A DNA stretch of 64,000 nucleotides. Origin: an uncultured Gammaproteobacteria bacterium (GTDB taxonomy: Bacteria; Patescibacteriota; Microgenomatia; Levybacterales; UBA12049). The notes beneath the pieces are model-generated. The model did not search any database. It saw only the letters and a list, made by a program, of their open reading frames with translations, and was not told the origin of the DNA. Positions 37,628 through 47,584 of this stretch are shown here, piece after piece. The position numbers and the translations under genes were made by a program. The stretch spans positions 6,450 through 70,449 of the forward strand of contig CAYQEE010000008.1 in the NCBI GenBank assembly GCA_964416445.1, given 5' to 3'. How positions within the stretch are numbered: position 1 is the first letter of the stretch; each line of letters opens with the position of its first letter.

Positions 37628-38668
37628 ATGACTGGCATTGTTGGATATGGGGCATATATTCCCCGATATCGGTTATCGTTATCAGATATTGCGGATATCT
37701 GGCAAAAAGATCCAAATGAAGTAATTCATGGTCTTCATGTGAAGGAAAAAGCAGTTCCAGCTTCCGATGAGGATGCAGTAACATTAGGTATTGAAGCAGG
37801 AAAACGATCGTTTACTATGGCAGGTATTTCCCCTGAATCAGTAGGAAGTGTTTTTTTTGGATCAGAAAGTCATCCCTATGCTGTCAATCCCTCGTCGACT
37901 ATTGTCGCTGAGTTTTTAGGTATTGGTCATCATTATTTTGCGGCTGATCTTGAATTTGCCTGTAAGGCGGCAACAGCAGGCCTGCAAGTGACTGTAGGCT
38001 TATTGGATAGTAATAAAATTAACTACGGGCTTGTCATTGGAAGTGACACTGCTCAAGGAAAGCCACATGACGCATTAGAATATACCGCAGCAAGTGCAGC
38101 TGTTGCAATGCTTTTGAGTAATAAATCGGAAGAAGTTCTTGCAAAGATACTTGAAATGTCTTCATATACTTCTGACACGCCAGATTTTTGGAGAAGAGAT
38201 GGTGCACGATATCCTTCACATTTCGGGAGGTTTACTGGAGAGCCTGCGTATTTTACTCACGTCATTAATGAAGGAAGAAAGCTTTTAGAACAAAGTCAAT
38301 TGCAACCACAAGATTTTACCTATTGTGTTTTTCATATGCCAAATGGAAAATTTCCTCGTATAGCAGCCAAAAAGTTAGGTTTTACACCGGAACAATTAGC
38401 ACCATCACTTACCGTTGATAAAATTGGTAATCCTTATTCTGCTTCAGCGATGCTTGGATTGGCAGCAGTTCTTGATATTGCAAAACCAGGAGAAAAAATA
38501 TTCTTTGTTTCCTATGGATCAGGTGCCGGTTCAGATGGTTTTATTTTTCAGACTACCGAACATATTACGAAAAAACAAATAATTGGTACGAATGTGCAAC
38601 AACAAATTGAACAGAAACAATATATAACGTACGCGCAATATCTTAAATATACGCATACAATTGGATAA
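37628..38668 (+). CDS. HMG-CoA synthase, archaeal type
   Basis: MTGIVGYGAYIPRYRL N-terminus typical of archaeal HMGCS. Thiolase-fold Cys region. Immediately followed by thiolase and DUF35 genes. Confidence 0.8.
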   Translation: MTGIVGYGAYIPRYRLSLSDIADIWQKDPNEVIHGLHVKEKAVPASDEDAVTLGIEAGKRSFTMAGISPESVGSVFFGSESHPYAVNPSSTIVAEFLGIGHHYFAADLEFACKAATAGLQVTVGLLDSNKINYGLVIGSDTAQGKPHDALEYTAASAAVAMLLSNKSEEVLAKILEMSSYTSDTPDFWRRDGARYPSHFGRFTGEPAYFTHVINEGRKLLEQSQLQPQDFTYCVFHMPNGKFPRIAAKKLGFTPEQLAPSLTVDKIGNPYSASAMLGLAAVLDIAKPGEKIFFVSYGSGAGSDGFIFQTTEHITKKQIIGTNVQQQIEQKQYITYAQYLKYTHTIG

Positions 38669-38669
38669 T

Positions 38670-39824
38670 ATGATGAAAGTAGGAATCTTAGGCGGAGCAA
38701 CAACAAAATTCGGTGAATTATGGGGAATTTCTCCTCGTACGTTGGCACGAGAAGCGTTAACAAGCGCATTAGAGTCATCGCAATTGCAGGCAGAGGCAAT
38801 TGATGCCTTGTATGTGGGCAATATGTTAGGTGGCATTTTAGGCAACCAGACAAATCTTGGTTCGTTCTATGCTGAAGAATTAGGTGTCTATGTTCCGGCA
38901 TTTCGTTTGGAAGGAGCATGTGCTTCAGGTGGACTAGCATTACATGCAGCAGTGAACAGTATCCTTTCTGGACAAAATGAGGTCGTTATGGTATTAGGCA
39001 TAGAAAAAATGACTGATCATAACAGTGATGAAGTGACAAACGGATTGATGGCAGCAGGTTCTGATGAGGAACGGACTGCTGGGGCAACTTTTCCCGGACT
39101 CTATGCACTTATGGCCCAAGCATATATGCAACAATATGCGATTCGCGAAGAATCACTTGCCGCAGTATCTGTCAAAAATCATTTTCATGGTAGCTTGAAT
39201 CCGATAGCGCAGTTTCAATCTCCGATCACAATTGAATCGGTAATGCGGAGTGCAAAGATAGCAGATCCCATTAAATTGTTAGATAGTTCTCCTATTTCAG
39301 ATGGTGCGGCGGCGATTGTTCTTACGAGTGAAGACTATGCAAAAAAAAATTACCCAAAACCCGTTTTTATTACAGCGAGTGAAGTAGCAACGGATAGTCT
39401 TGGATTACAAGACAGAGAAACATTAGTCAGTTTATCAGCAGTAGTTCGTGCATCGCAAAAAGCATATAAAAGTGCTGGGGTGTCAGCAAAAGATATTGAT
39501 GTTGCTGAAATTCATGATTGTTTCTCGATCGCAGAAGCAATTGCGAACGAAGATCTTGGATTTTCAGAACGTGGCGCAGGAGCAACGGATACCGAAAAAG
39601 GAATGCGAACGTTATTTCAAGGAACCGTTATTACTAATCCTTCGGGTGGATTGAAAGCATGTGGTCATCCAGTAGGAGCAACAGGGATAAAACAAATTGT
39701 TGAAATAACAAAACAACTTCGAGGCGAAGCTGAGAAACGGCAAGTAGAAGGTGCGAAAATAGGATTAACTCACAATGTTGGAGGGAGTGGCGCAGTTGCG
39801 GCAATTCATATTTTACAAATTTAA
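38670..39824 (+). CDS. acetyl-CoA acetyltransferase (thiolase), archaeal type
   Basis: MMKVGILGGATTKFGELW N-terminus, GACASGG active-site region, C-terminal HNVGGSGA. Confidence 0.8.
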   Translation: MMKVGILGGATTKFGELWGISPRTLAREALTSALESSQLQAEAIDALYVGNMLGGILGNQTNLGSFYAEELGVYVPAFRLEGACASGGLALHAAVNSILSGQNEVVMVLGIEKMTDHNSDEVTNGLMAAGSDEERTAGATFPGLYALMAQAYMQQYAIREESLAAVSVKNHFHGSLNPIAQFQSPITIESVMRSAKIADPIKLLDSSPISDGAAAIVLTSEDYAKKNYPKPVFITASEVATDSLGLQDRETLVSLSAVVRASQKAYKSAGVSAKDIDVAEIHDCFSIAEAIANEDLGFSERGAGATDTEKGMRTLFQGTVITNPSGGLKACGHPVGATGIKQIVEITKQLRGEAEKRQVEGAKIGLTHNVGGSGAVAAIHILQI

Positions 39825-39827
39825 TTT

Positions 39828-40130
39828 ATGCATACATCACCAGTAAAATTGTGGAGAAGACAAAAGACGGTAGCGAACGTAATTGGTAAAAGAGGAAAAC
39901 TTTTGCATTGGACGATTATTCGAGTTCCTTCGAAATCATTCGCTCACCAAGCTCCTTATCCAGTGGTGATTGTAACATTTCCTGAAGGTACGAATATGAT
40001 TGGACAATTAGTTGATTGGCAAAAAGAAGACTTAGTAAAAGGAAGAGACGTTGTTGCTGTGCTTCGAAAGCACCAAGGTGATGATAAAGAAGGTGTTATC
40101 CCATATATCATTAAATTTAAACCTGCATGA
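39828..40130 (+). CDS. DUF35 OB-fold protein (scaffold of the thiolase/HMG-CoA synthase complex)
   Basis: 100 aa, immediately downstream of the thiolase. This size and position match the archaeal thiolase-HMGCS-DUF35 arrangement. Confidence 0.6.
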   Translation: MHTSPVKLWRRQKTVANVIGKRGKLLHWTIIRVPSKSFAHQAPYPVVIVTFPEGTNMIGQLVDWQKEDLVKGRDVVAVLRKHQGDDKEGVIPYIIKFKPA

Positions 40131-41191
40131 ACGCAATAACCGTTTCTGCACCAGGAAAATTACATCTCCTTGGCGAACATAGTGTTGTCTATGGAAAACC
40201 AGCAATTATCGCAGCGGTTAATAGACGATGCATCGCCTCTCTTTTACCTCATAAGTCAGCAACTATTGTTCTATCTGCCAATACGCAATTGCTCGGAACA
40301 ATATCGTACGAGGAGGTGCAACGAAAAACAAGACAAGCAAATCTTCAATGGAAACGGTTCTCGGAAACGAATAATCCCAAAATTCTCAATGATATTATTC
40401 AAAATCCTTGTGATTTCATGAGTCTCTGTATTGGGGAAACATTGAGCTTCTATCATCGAACGCTTCCATCAGGATTTGTGCTCTCGATTTCCTCGACTAT
40501 ACCGTTAGGTTCTGGAATGGGATCATCATCAGCTGTTGCTGTATCTATTGCCGGAGCAGTGAGCCTTTTTCTTAAAGAATCGTTGGATAAAGTGTGTATC
40601 AATAGCATTGCTTATGCAATTGAGGAAAAAAAACATGGTTTTCCCTCAGGAGGCGATAATACTGCGAGTTGTTATGGTGGCTGTATATGGTATCAAAAAA
40701 TGGCACCGAATAAAAAGAATATATCGCAACTTACTATTCGTTTCTCTGAAAAAATCGCGAAAAAGTTTATCATTATCCAAACAGGAATTCCTGAAGAATC
40801 TACCGGGGAAATGGTGAGTATGGTGAAAACAGCATATCAGCAAAATCCAAGTCGGATTGAAGCAATTTTCAATCATCAAGCAGAACTTGTTAAGCAATTG
40901 CCGAAAGCAATACACGAGAATAATGAAGAAGCCTTTATGCACATTATCAAGGAAGGTGAAAAAAATCTTACACAGTTGGGTGTCGTTTCTGAATCAACCC
41001 GAAAACTGATACAAAGAATAGAGGCAATACAGGGTGTTGCAAAAATATGTGGTGCAGGTGGATATAAACATGCCTCTGGAATTGTTCTTGCATTTCATTC
41101 CCAATTAGAAGTCCTGACAACGATGCTTAAGCAAAATAATATCGCATATTCACCAATTCATTTAGGAGAAGAAGGGCTACGTCAAGAGTAA
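40127..41191 (+). CDS. mevalonate kinase (GHMP kinase)
   Basis: SAPGKLHLLGEHSVVYG N-terminal MVK signature. GHMP ATP loop PLGSGMGSSSA. C-terminal CGAGGYKH. Confidence 0.75.
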   Translation: MNAITVSAPGKLHLLGEHSVVYGKPAIIAAVNRRCIASLLPHKSATIVLSANTQLLGTISYEEVQRKTRQANLQWKRFSETNNPKILNDIIQNPCDFMSLCIGETLSFYHRTLPSGFVLSISSTIPLGSGMGSSSAVAVSIAGAVSLFLKESLDKVCINSIAYAIEEKKHGFPSGGDNTASCYGGCIWYQKMAPNKKNISQLTIRFSEKIAKKFIIIQTGIPEESTGEMVSMVKTAYQQNPSRIEAIFNHQAELVKQLPKAIHENNEEAFMHIIKEGEKNLTQLGVVSESTRKLIQRIEAIQGVAKICGAGGYKHASGIVLAFHSQLEVLTTMLKQNNIAYSPIHLGEEGLRQE

Positions 41192-41251
41192 CTTCGCGAA
41201 AATACTAAATCTGGAAATGAAATGAGAGGAGATGTTTCGTACCTTTTAAAA

Positions 41252-43099
41252 TTACTGCGTAATGGGAAGTAAACTAAAGCGAATGTGTGAATTACCTTGT
41301 CCATAAGGAACCTCTGGCCACATGAGAGGAATGATATTATTAGAAACCATTAGTGGTAATTGAATCATAGAACCATCTGGAAAATTCCAGAAGCATCGAT
41401 TTGTTGGCGCTGTGGTGTATGGTGTCGTTACCCGGGCACGAATATAGTAGTAGCTTCCTGGAGCATTCGTTGTATCAAGTACAGTTTGTTGCCAATCAGA
41501 GGGAGGAGTAAACATGAGTCCATAACCATACGCTCGGTTACTTGTAAAATTAGGATTATATGAACTTTCTGGATTTGAGAGTGGTGCCCAAGCTGTTCCA
41601 TTCCAATATTCATAAACGACTGTTCCTCCCACACCTGCTGTTTGCATAATTCCGGTAATTGCTCGATATGGTTGTGTTCCTCCAAAGTAAATTACGTCAT
41701 TACTCTTTGACACTATAGGTGTTGTGATTGCACAAGTCAGTGCAGTCTGATCAACGTAAGCACTGGTACTCCCGGATTGTGTGTAGATTCTGTTAAATAA
41801 ACCATCTTCTGGGTTGACGAGCTTTGGGGAAGAAAAATTGTTAGCTGCAAATGGTGGTGTACCGATTCGATATGCGTATGTGCCAAGAGCAGTTGAACTG
41901 AATCCCATTCCTTGTACAGGAGGACAGTTACTGCCAAAACATATTTGGTGCGCATTTGCAGACACCGGTCTACTCCCATAAAATACATAGACATTAGTTC
42001 CATCAGTAGTAATGGATGGATAAGCATTTGCAAGAATTCCACCATCCATGTTTACTTGTGAACTCCAATTACTCGTTGACGAATTGTAATACATATATTG
42101 AATTTGAGATCCAGAACTTTCTCCTGTCAAACTAAAGACGAAATGGACATTTCCCGCATTATCTGCTACCGCTTGAAAATCAGGGTCAATATTTTGCGTC
42201 GTGGTAATTTGACTTTCGGAACTCCAAGTATTTGGATCATCAGTATCATTTCGGTATCTCCATACAAATGCTGGGGTAGATGTTGAATAAATTATCCCAA
42301 TTTTATTGCCAAAATGAACAATAACGGGAATACTTGCAAGAGAGCTCGTTGCAGGTTGTGAAGATAATGTCATACTATGCGTCCATGTCGGTGTGGAAGT
42401 GAGATCAGAAGCGTAGTATGCATCTGCAGTAATTGTATTATTAGTCTTATTTGTTGTTTGTACTGCCATCCAAAGTCTATTAGCACTATCAATTGAAAGT
42501 ACTGCTTGCGCATAACCTATTTGGCCTTGAATATAGGGAAGAGCAACTTGTTCTGGACCAATAGTCCATGTTGATCCTGTTTTTGTTAATTTTCTAAATG
42601 CTACTCCTGTAGCCTGATAGTTGAGGAGAGAATACACGAGGTAAATATTGTCGCTACTATCAATTACAGCTGAGGGAAACGTATATGCGCCTTGTAAAAG
42701 ACTTTGTATGTACCCACTACATTGCCAGGTTGTTCCATTATTTGTCGAAGTGAACCACATCAATCCATTCAGTTGCCCTTTTGGAGCTGCAGGACAATTA
42801 TTATTGACTGCATAGGTTTGAACGAAGGTATGTAATGTACCATCAGATGTTTGAATGAGATCTCGGTTATTGATTTGACCAATGCCCTGATGTCCTGCTG
42901 ATTGGGCAACGTTAATTAATGTATTTGAAGATGCTTGTACCGGTTTTGTTTTAATGATACTGAGAATAAGGCCGACAGCAATGATACTACAAATGCCAAT
43001 TGAAGTGAAAAGTACGATTAAATGTTTCTGAATTCCCCATGGTGATTTATTTCCTTTAATCTTCTTTACTTTTTTTGCTTTCCTCGCCATACACTCCAA
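41252..43099 (-). CDS. secreted BNR/Asp-box-like beta-propeller protein
   Basis: N-terminal basic region plus a TM anchor. Several S.(D/N).G.TW-like Asp-box motifs (STNNGTTWQ, TKTGSTWT). 615 aa. Confidence 0.45.
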   Translation of the reverse strand: MECMARKAKKVKKIKGNKSPWGIQKHLIVLFTSIGICSIIAVGLILSIIKTKPVQASSNTLINVAQSAGHQGIGQINNRDLIQTSDGTLHTFVQTYAVNNNCPAAPKGQLNGLMWFTSTNNGTTWQCSGYIQSLLQGAYTFPSAVIDSSDNIYLVYSLLNYQATGVAFRKLTKTGSTWTIGPEQVALPYIQGQIGYAQAVLSIDSANRLWMAVQTTNKTNNTITADAYYASDLTSTPTWTHSMTLSSQPATSSLASIPVIVHFGNKIGIIYSTSTPAFVWRYRNDTDDPNTWSSESQITTTQNIDPDFQAVADNAGNVHFVFSLTGESSGSQIQYMYYNSSTSNWSSQVNMDGGILANAYPSITTDGTNVYVFYGSRPVSANAHQICFGSNCPPVQGMGFSSTALGTYAYRIGTPPFAANNFSSPKLVNPEDGLFNRIYTQSGSTSAYVDQTALTCAITTPIVSKSNDVIYFGGTQPYRAITGIMQTAGVGGTVVYEYWNGTAWAPLSNPESSYNPNFTSNRAYGYGLMFTPPSDWQQTVLDTTNAPGSYYYIRARVTTPYTTAPTNRCFWNFPDGSMIQLPLMVSNNIIPLMWPEVPYGQGNSHIRFSLLPITQ

Positions 43100-43212
43100 A
43101 TATATAGGTTTTTATTGATTAAGTCAATAAATACTTTCACGAGAAGTACGCTTATACTATATATAGTATTGACAGAGAAACGACTTGTTTGAGAGAATGA
43201 GGAAAAGTTAAC

Positions 43213-44190
43213 ATGAAAGGTATTACCATTTCAGCTCCAGGGAAATTAATGTTGCTTGGAGAACATGCCGTTGTTTATGAACGGCCCTGTCTCGTTACTG
43301 CTGTCGATCAACGAATGTATGCAAAGGTTGAAATGATCGATACTCCAGAATTACAAATCGAAGCAAATGATGTCCACGTTTCAGGATATAGCAAATCATT
43401 CATTGAATTAGGTAAAGGAGATGTCCCAAAAGGAGCAAAGTTTATCGAATATGCTTTGAAAAATATGATTGATAAATATCAATTTAAAACAGGGTATAAA
43501 ATAACAACAAGATCAGAGTTTTCTTCACAATTTGGTTTTGGTTCATCTTCAGCTGCAACCGTTTGTACTATTTATGCAATTTCAGAATTACAGGAACTTC
43601 ACTTAACTCCTCGTGATGTTTTTGATATTGCCTATAAAACGGTGTTAGATGTACAAGGAAAAGGTTCAGGTTTTGATGTTGCTGCCGCTGTATATGGGGG
43701 AACACTTCATTTTGTCACTGGGGGAGAACTCATTGAACAACTTGGTATAAAAAATCTCCCTGTGATTGTTGGATATAGTGGTATAAAGGCAGACACCGTA
43801 ACGCTCATGAATCAAGTAAAAGCAAAAGCTGATAAATATCCCGAAGTGATTGAAGAAATTTATAATGATATTGAAGATATCGTTATGTTTGCAAAAGAAT
43901 CATTACTTGACAATACCTGGCAGTCGCTTGGTGAGCTTATGAATTTTAATCAAGGTTACTTAGAAGCATTAGGGGTGAGCACCAAAAAATTAGCTACTAT
44001 GATTTATGCAGCGCGTGATGCAGGGGCCTATGGAGCGAAACTTTCAGGAGCTGGTGGGGGAGATTGTATTATTGTTGTTGCACCTGAAGATAAAAAAGAA
44101 GCTGTGAGTACTGCCATCACTGAAGTAGGAGGAGAAGTTATTCCCGTAAAAACAAATGCTCAAGGCGTTAGAATAGAACCAAGTGAATAA
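43213..44190 (+). CDS. second mevalonate-kinase-like GHMP kinase (candidate phosphomevalonate kinase function)
   Basis: SAPGKLMLLGEHAVVYE, GFGSSSAATV, KLSGAGGGDCIIV, all MVK-like motifs. Confidence 0.7.
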   Translation: MKGITISAPGKLMLLGEHAVVYERPCLVTAVDQRMYAKVEMIDTPELQIEANDVHVSGYSKSFIELGKGDVPKGAKFIEYALKNMIDKYQFKTGYKITTRSEFSSQFGFGSSSAATVCTIYAISELQELHLTPRDVFDIAYKTVLDVQGKGSGFDVAAAVYGGTLHFVTGGELIEQLGIKNLPVIVGYSGIKADTVTLMNQVKAKADKYPEVIEEIYNDIEDIVMFAKESLLDNTWQSLGELMNFNQGYLEALGVSTKKLATMIYAARDAGAYGAKLSGAGGGDCIIVVAPEDKKEAVSTAITEVGGEVIPVKTNAQGVRIEPSE

Positions 44191-44238
44191 CAAGCAGTCT
44201 AGTTGTCTTAAGCTGCCTTCTAAGAAAGTTATCATTGT

Positions 44239-45216
44239 ATGAAATCAACAGCAATTGCCCCTTCTAATATAGCTTTTATAAAATACTGGGGAACAAAAAA
44301 TGATCTCTTACGACTTCCAAAAAACGGAAGTATTTCTATGAATTTAAGCAATCTCCTTACAACGACAACAGTAGAATTTAATACAACATTTCCCGAGGAT
44401 TCAATAACCCTTAATGGAATCAGAGAAGAACGTGAAGGCAATCGCGCCATAAAACATTTAGACAGAATAAGACAATTGGCTCAAATCAAGACGAAAGCAA
44501 AAATTGTAACCCAAAATAATTTTCCTATAGGTACGGGATTATCATCGTCAGCATCGGGATTTGCAGCATTAACTGTTGCGGGTGCAAAAGCTGCAGGTCT
44601 TTCTTTATCTGAAAAGGAATTATCAATTCTTGCCCGACAGGGATCTGGATCAGCTTGCCGATCAATACCTAACGGATTTGTTGAATGGCTTGATGGGGAT
44701 ACCAGCGATACTTCTTACGCTATTTCTTTATATCCTGCGGACTATTGGGATATCGTTGATGTTGTTGCTGTAGTCAGTAAGGATAAAAAAGAAGTTAGTA
44801 GTAGTGAAGGCCATAAACTTGCCATCTCCAGTTTATTTTATGAAAAACGTTTGGAAATCAATAAAGAAAAAATGGTATTAACCAAACAATATCTCCAAGA
44901 ACGGAATTTTCAAAAATTCGGAGAACTTATTGAAGCAGAAGCATTAGAACTGCATGCTATTTATATTACCTCGCAGCCATCCTTGCTTTATTTATTGCCT
45001 GGAACATTGCATGTTATGCATTTAGTAAAAAAATGGAGACAAGAAGGATTACCTGTCTATTTCACCTTAAATACTGGGCAAGATATTCATTTGATATGTG
45101 AAAAGAAATATGCACAAGAGGTCGCGAAAATAGCTCAAAATGTTTCCGAAGTGCAGAAAGTAATTATCAATACGACAAGTAATGGTGCACGATTAGTTAA
45201 CGAACATTTATTCTAA
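44239..45216 (+). CDS. mevalonate diphosphate decarboxylase family protein (substrate could be diphospho- or phosphomevalonate)
   Basis: IAFIKYWGTKND, GLSSSASGFAAL, GSGSACRS, the conserved MVD motifs. Confidence 0.8.
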   Translation: MKSTAIAPSNIAFIKYWGTKNDLLRLPKNGSISMNLSNLLTTTTVEFNTTFPEDSITLNGIREEREGNRAIKHLDRIRQLAQIKTKAKIVTQNNFPIGTGLSSSASGFAALTVAGAKAAGLSLSEKELSILARQGSGSACRSIPNGFVEWLDGDTSDTSYAISLYPADYWDIVDVVAVVSKDKKEVSSSEGHKLAISSLFYEKRLEINKEKMVLTKQYLQERNFQKFGELIEAEALELHAIYITSQPSLLYLLPGTLHVMHLVKKWRQEGLPVYFTLNTGQDIHLICEKKYAQEVAKIAQNVSEVQKVIINTTSNGARLVNEHLF

Positions 45217-46094
45217 CGAGTCCACCGTGCAAATATTCCCGTTGATAGGAGGCGATTTGCATGTTGTTCTTGTAAGGTAAGCTCTCCTACCGTTATGTTT
45301 CCTTTAAGATCAGAGAAGTAATCCTCGAACACATTTTGGAGCATTATTGCAGATGATGATATTGCGTACGCATTGACTAAAATAAAAAGTGGTTTTTCCG
45401 TGAGAATTTGCCGGCATATCTGAAGTAATTTTGGAAAATGCTCATTAAATTTCCATACTTTTCCATCTGGTCCATGTCCGAAGATCGGAGGGTCCATGAT
45501 TATTGCATCATATCTTACTCCACGATGTATTTCCCTTTGGGTGAATTTCATTGCATCATCAAGTATCCATCGAATAGGTTTATCAGAAAGATTACTCATT
45601 TCTTGGTTCTCTCGCGCCCATCCTATTGCAGGTCGTGAAGCATCGACGTGGGTAACTTTTGCTCCTGCTTGGGCTGCCACTAATGACGCTATTCCTGTAT
45701 AAGCAAAAAGATTTAATACATGGGGAATATCTGATTGATTTTGCGTAGCTTGTTGGAGAGTTTCAGAGATGAAATGCCATTGTTGCGATTGTTCTGGAAA
45801 AACACCGGTATGTTTAAAAGGAGTTAATTTTACTTGGAAGGAAAGATCGTGAAAATGCATTATCCAACTATTTGGTAGTTGATTGTTTTTTTTTATCCAG
45901 TTTCCCTTGTCATAGGTTGTTCGTTGATAAATACCATCTGCAGTTTCCCATATAGAATAGGGTTGTTTTCGTTTCCATATAATTTGTGGATCTGGTCTAC
46001 TTAAAATATAGTTGCCAAACTTTTCTAATCGATATCCATCACCACTATCTAATAAAGCATAATCATCCCATCCTTTTGTTATTTCTATCTGCAT
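45213..46094 (-). CDS. class I SAM-dependent methyltransferase (RlmI/RsmD-like rRNA methyltransferase fold)
   Basis: LNLFAYTGIASLVAAQAGAKVTHVDAS (SAM motif I) and IIMDPPIFGHG (DPP motif). Confidence 0.6.
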   Translation of the reverse strand: MQIEITKGWDDYALLDSGDGYRLEKFGNYILSRPDPQIIWKRKQPYSIWETADGIYQRTTYDKGNWIKKNNQLPNSWIMHFHDLSFQVKLTPFKHTGVFPEQSQQWHFISETLQQATQNQSDIPHVLNLFAYTGIASLVAAQAGAKVTHVDASRPAIGWARENQEMSNLSDKPIRWILDDAMKFTQREIHRGVRYDAIIMDPPIFGHGPDGKVWKFNEHFPKLLQICRQILTEKPLFILVNAYAISSSAIMLQNVFEDYFSDLKGNITVGELTLQEQHANRLLSTGIFARWTR

Positions 46095-46233
46095 ACGATA
46101 AATATATTCATTGATTTATATCTTTTTTCAAAAGAATGGAAAGTTAGCGAGACGATTTTCATATTGTTATTATAGTGTAATAATACATTTTTGTATAACT
46201 GAATAATATCTTGTTAAAATTGTATTTTGGGTA

Positions 46234-46262
46234 TTGACGACTTTTAAAAAGTATTGTATCAT
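46234..46262 (+). promoter_or_regulatory. candidate sigma-70 promoter for tuf
   Basis: TTGACG, 17-nt spacer, TATCAT. Followed by the hairpin GTCTCAATCAATTGAGAC (46270-87). Confidence 0.4.
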
Positions 46263-46308
46263 TCTTTTAGTCTCAATCAATTGAGACATTATTTTTTGAA
46301 ATATATAT

Positions 46309-47493
46309 ATGGCGGATACAAAATTTCATCGAAACAAACCACATTTAAATATTGGAACCATTGGTCATGTTGATCATGGTAAAACAACAACTACTGCAGC
46401 AATTGCAACAGTACTTGCAAAACAAGGATTAGCAACCGCAAAAAAATACGAAGATATAGATAATGCTCCCGAGGAAAGAGCTCGTGGAGTTACTATTAAT
46501 ATTTCCCACATTGAATACGAAACTGCAAAAAGACATTATGCACATATTGATGCTCCTGGTCATGCAGATTACATTAAGAACATGATTACCGGGGCAGCAC
46601 AAATGGATGGAGCGATTCTGGTAGTCTCAGCACCAGATGGACCAATGCCTCAAACACGGGAACATATTCTCTTAGCTCGACAAGTAGGAGTTCCTGCAAT
46701 TGTTGTCTATCTTAATAAATGTGATATGGTTCAAGATCCAGAGCTTCTTGATCTTGTCGAAATGGAAGTTCGAGAGTTGTTGACCAAATATCAATATCCA
46801 GGAAATGATGTACCCATAATTCGGGGATCTTCTCTGAAAGCACTTGAAGGTGATGCTGAATATGAAAAGAAGATTATTGAACTTATGGATGCTGTTGATA
46901 GTTATATTCCAACACCAGTTCGAGAAACAGATAAACCATTCTTAATGCCGGTAGAAGATGTTTTCTCAATTAAAGGACGAGGAACAGTAGTAACAGGAAG
47001 AATTGAAAGAGGAACAGTTAAAATTAACGAAGCGGTAGAAATCGTTGGAATGAAAGCAACTCAGCAAACAGTTGTTACGGGAGTTGAAATGTTCAGAAAA
47101 CAGCTCGATGAAGGTCAAGCAGGAGATAATGTTGGTCTTTTAGTTCGAGGTATTGAAAAAAGTCAAGTAGAACGAGGACAAGTTTTAGCTAAACCAGGTT
47201 CAATTACTCCACACACAGAGTTTGAAGCAGAAGTATACATTTTAGCAAAAGAAGAGGGTGGAAGACATACTCCATTCTTTACAGGTTATCGTCCGCAATT
47301 TTATATTCGAACAACTGATGTCACAGGTAACGTTACGCTTCCTCAAGGGGTAGAAATGGTTATGCCAGGTGACAATACAAAAATGAATGTAAAGCTTATC
47401 GTTCCCGTTGCTCTTGAAGATGGTCTTCGGTTTGCAATCAGAGAAGGTGGCAAGACAGTCGGAGCAGGAGTAATTACAAAAATTATTGCATAA
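46309..47493 (+). CDS. tuf: elongation factor Tu
   Basis: [21 protein letters not shown] and the full EF-Tu length (394 aa). Confidence 0.95.
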   Translation: MADTKFHRNKPHLNIGTIGHVDHGKTTTTAAIATVLAKQGLATAKKYEDIDNAPEERARGVTINISHIEYETAKRHYAHIDAPGHADYIKNMITGAAQMDGAILVVSAPDGPMPQTREHILLARQVGVPAIVVYLNKCDMVQDPELLDLVEMEVRELLTKYQYPGNDVPIIRGSSLKALEGDAEYEKKIIELMDAVDSYIPTPVRETDKPFLMPVEDVFSIKGRGTVVTGRIERGTVKINEAVEIVGMKATQQTVVTGVEMFRKQLDEGQAGDNVGLLVRGIEKSQVERGQVLAKPGSITPHTEFEAEVYILAKEEGGRHTPFFTGYRPQFYIRTTDVTGNVTLPQGVEMVMPGDNTKMNVKLIVPVALEDGLRFAIREGGKTVGAGVITKIIA

Positions 47494-47513
47494 GCAATAA
47501 GGAAAAATAAAAA

Positions 47514-47538
47514 TATCCGCCTATATGGCGGTTTTTTT
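47514..47538 (+). terminator. intrinsic terminator after tuf
   Basis: CCGCC-TATAT-GGCGG hairpin followed by a T7 run, 21 nt after the tuf stop. Confidence 0.7.
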
Positions 47539-47584
47539 ATCTAGAGCACTTTAAATTTATCATTGGGAGTTATATAATAACATT

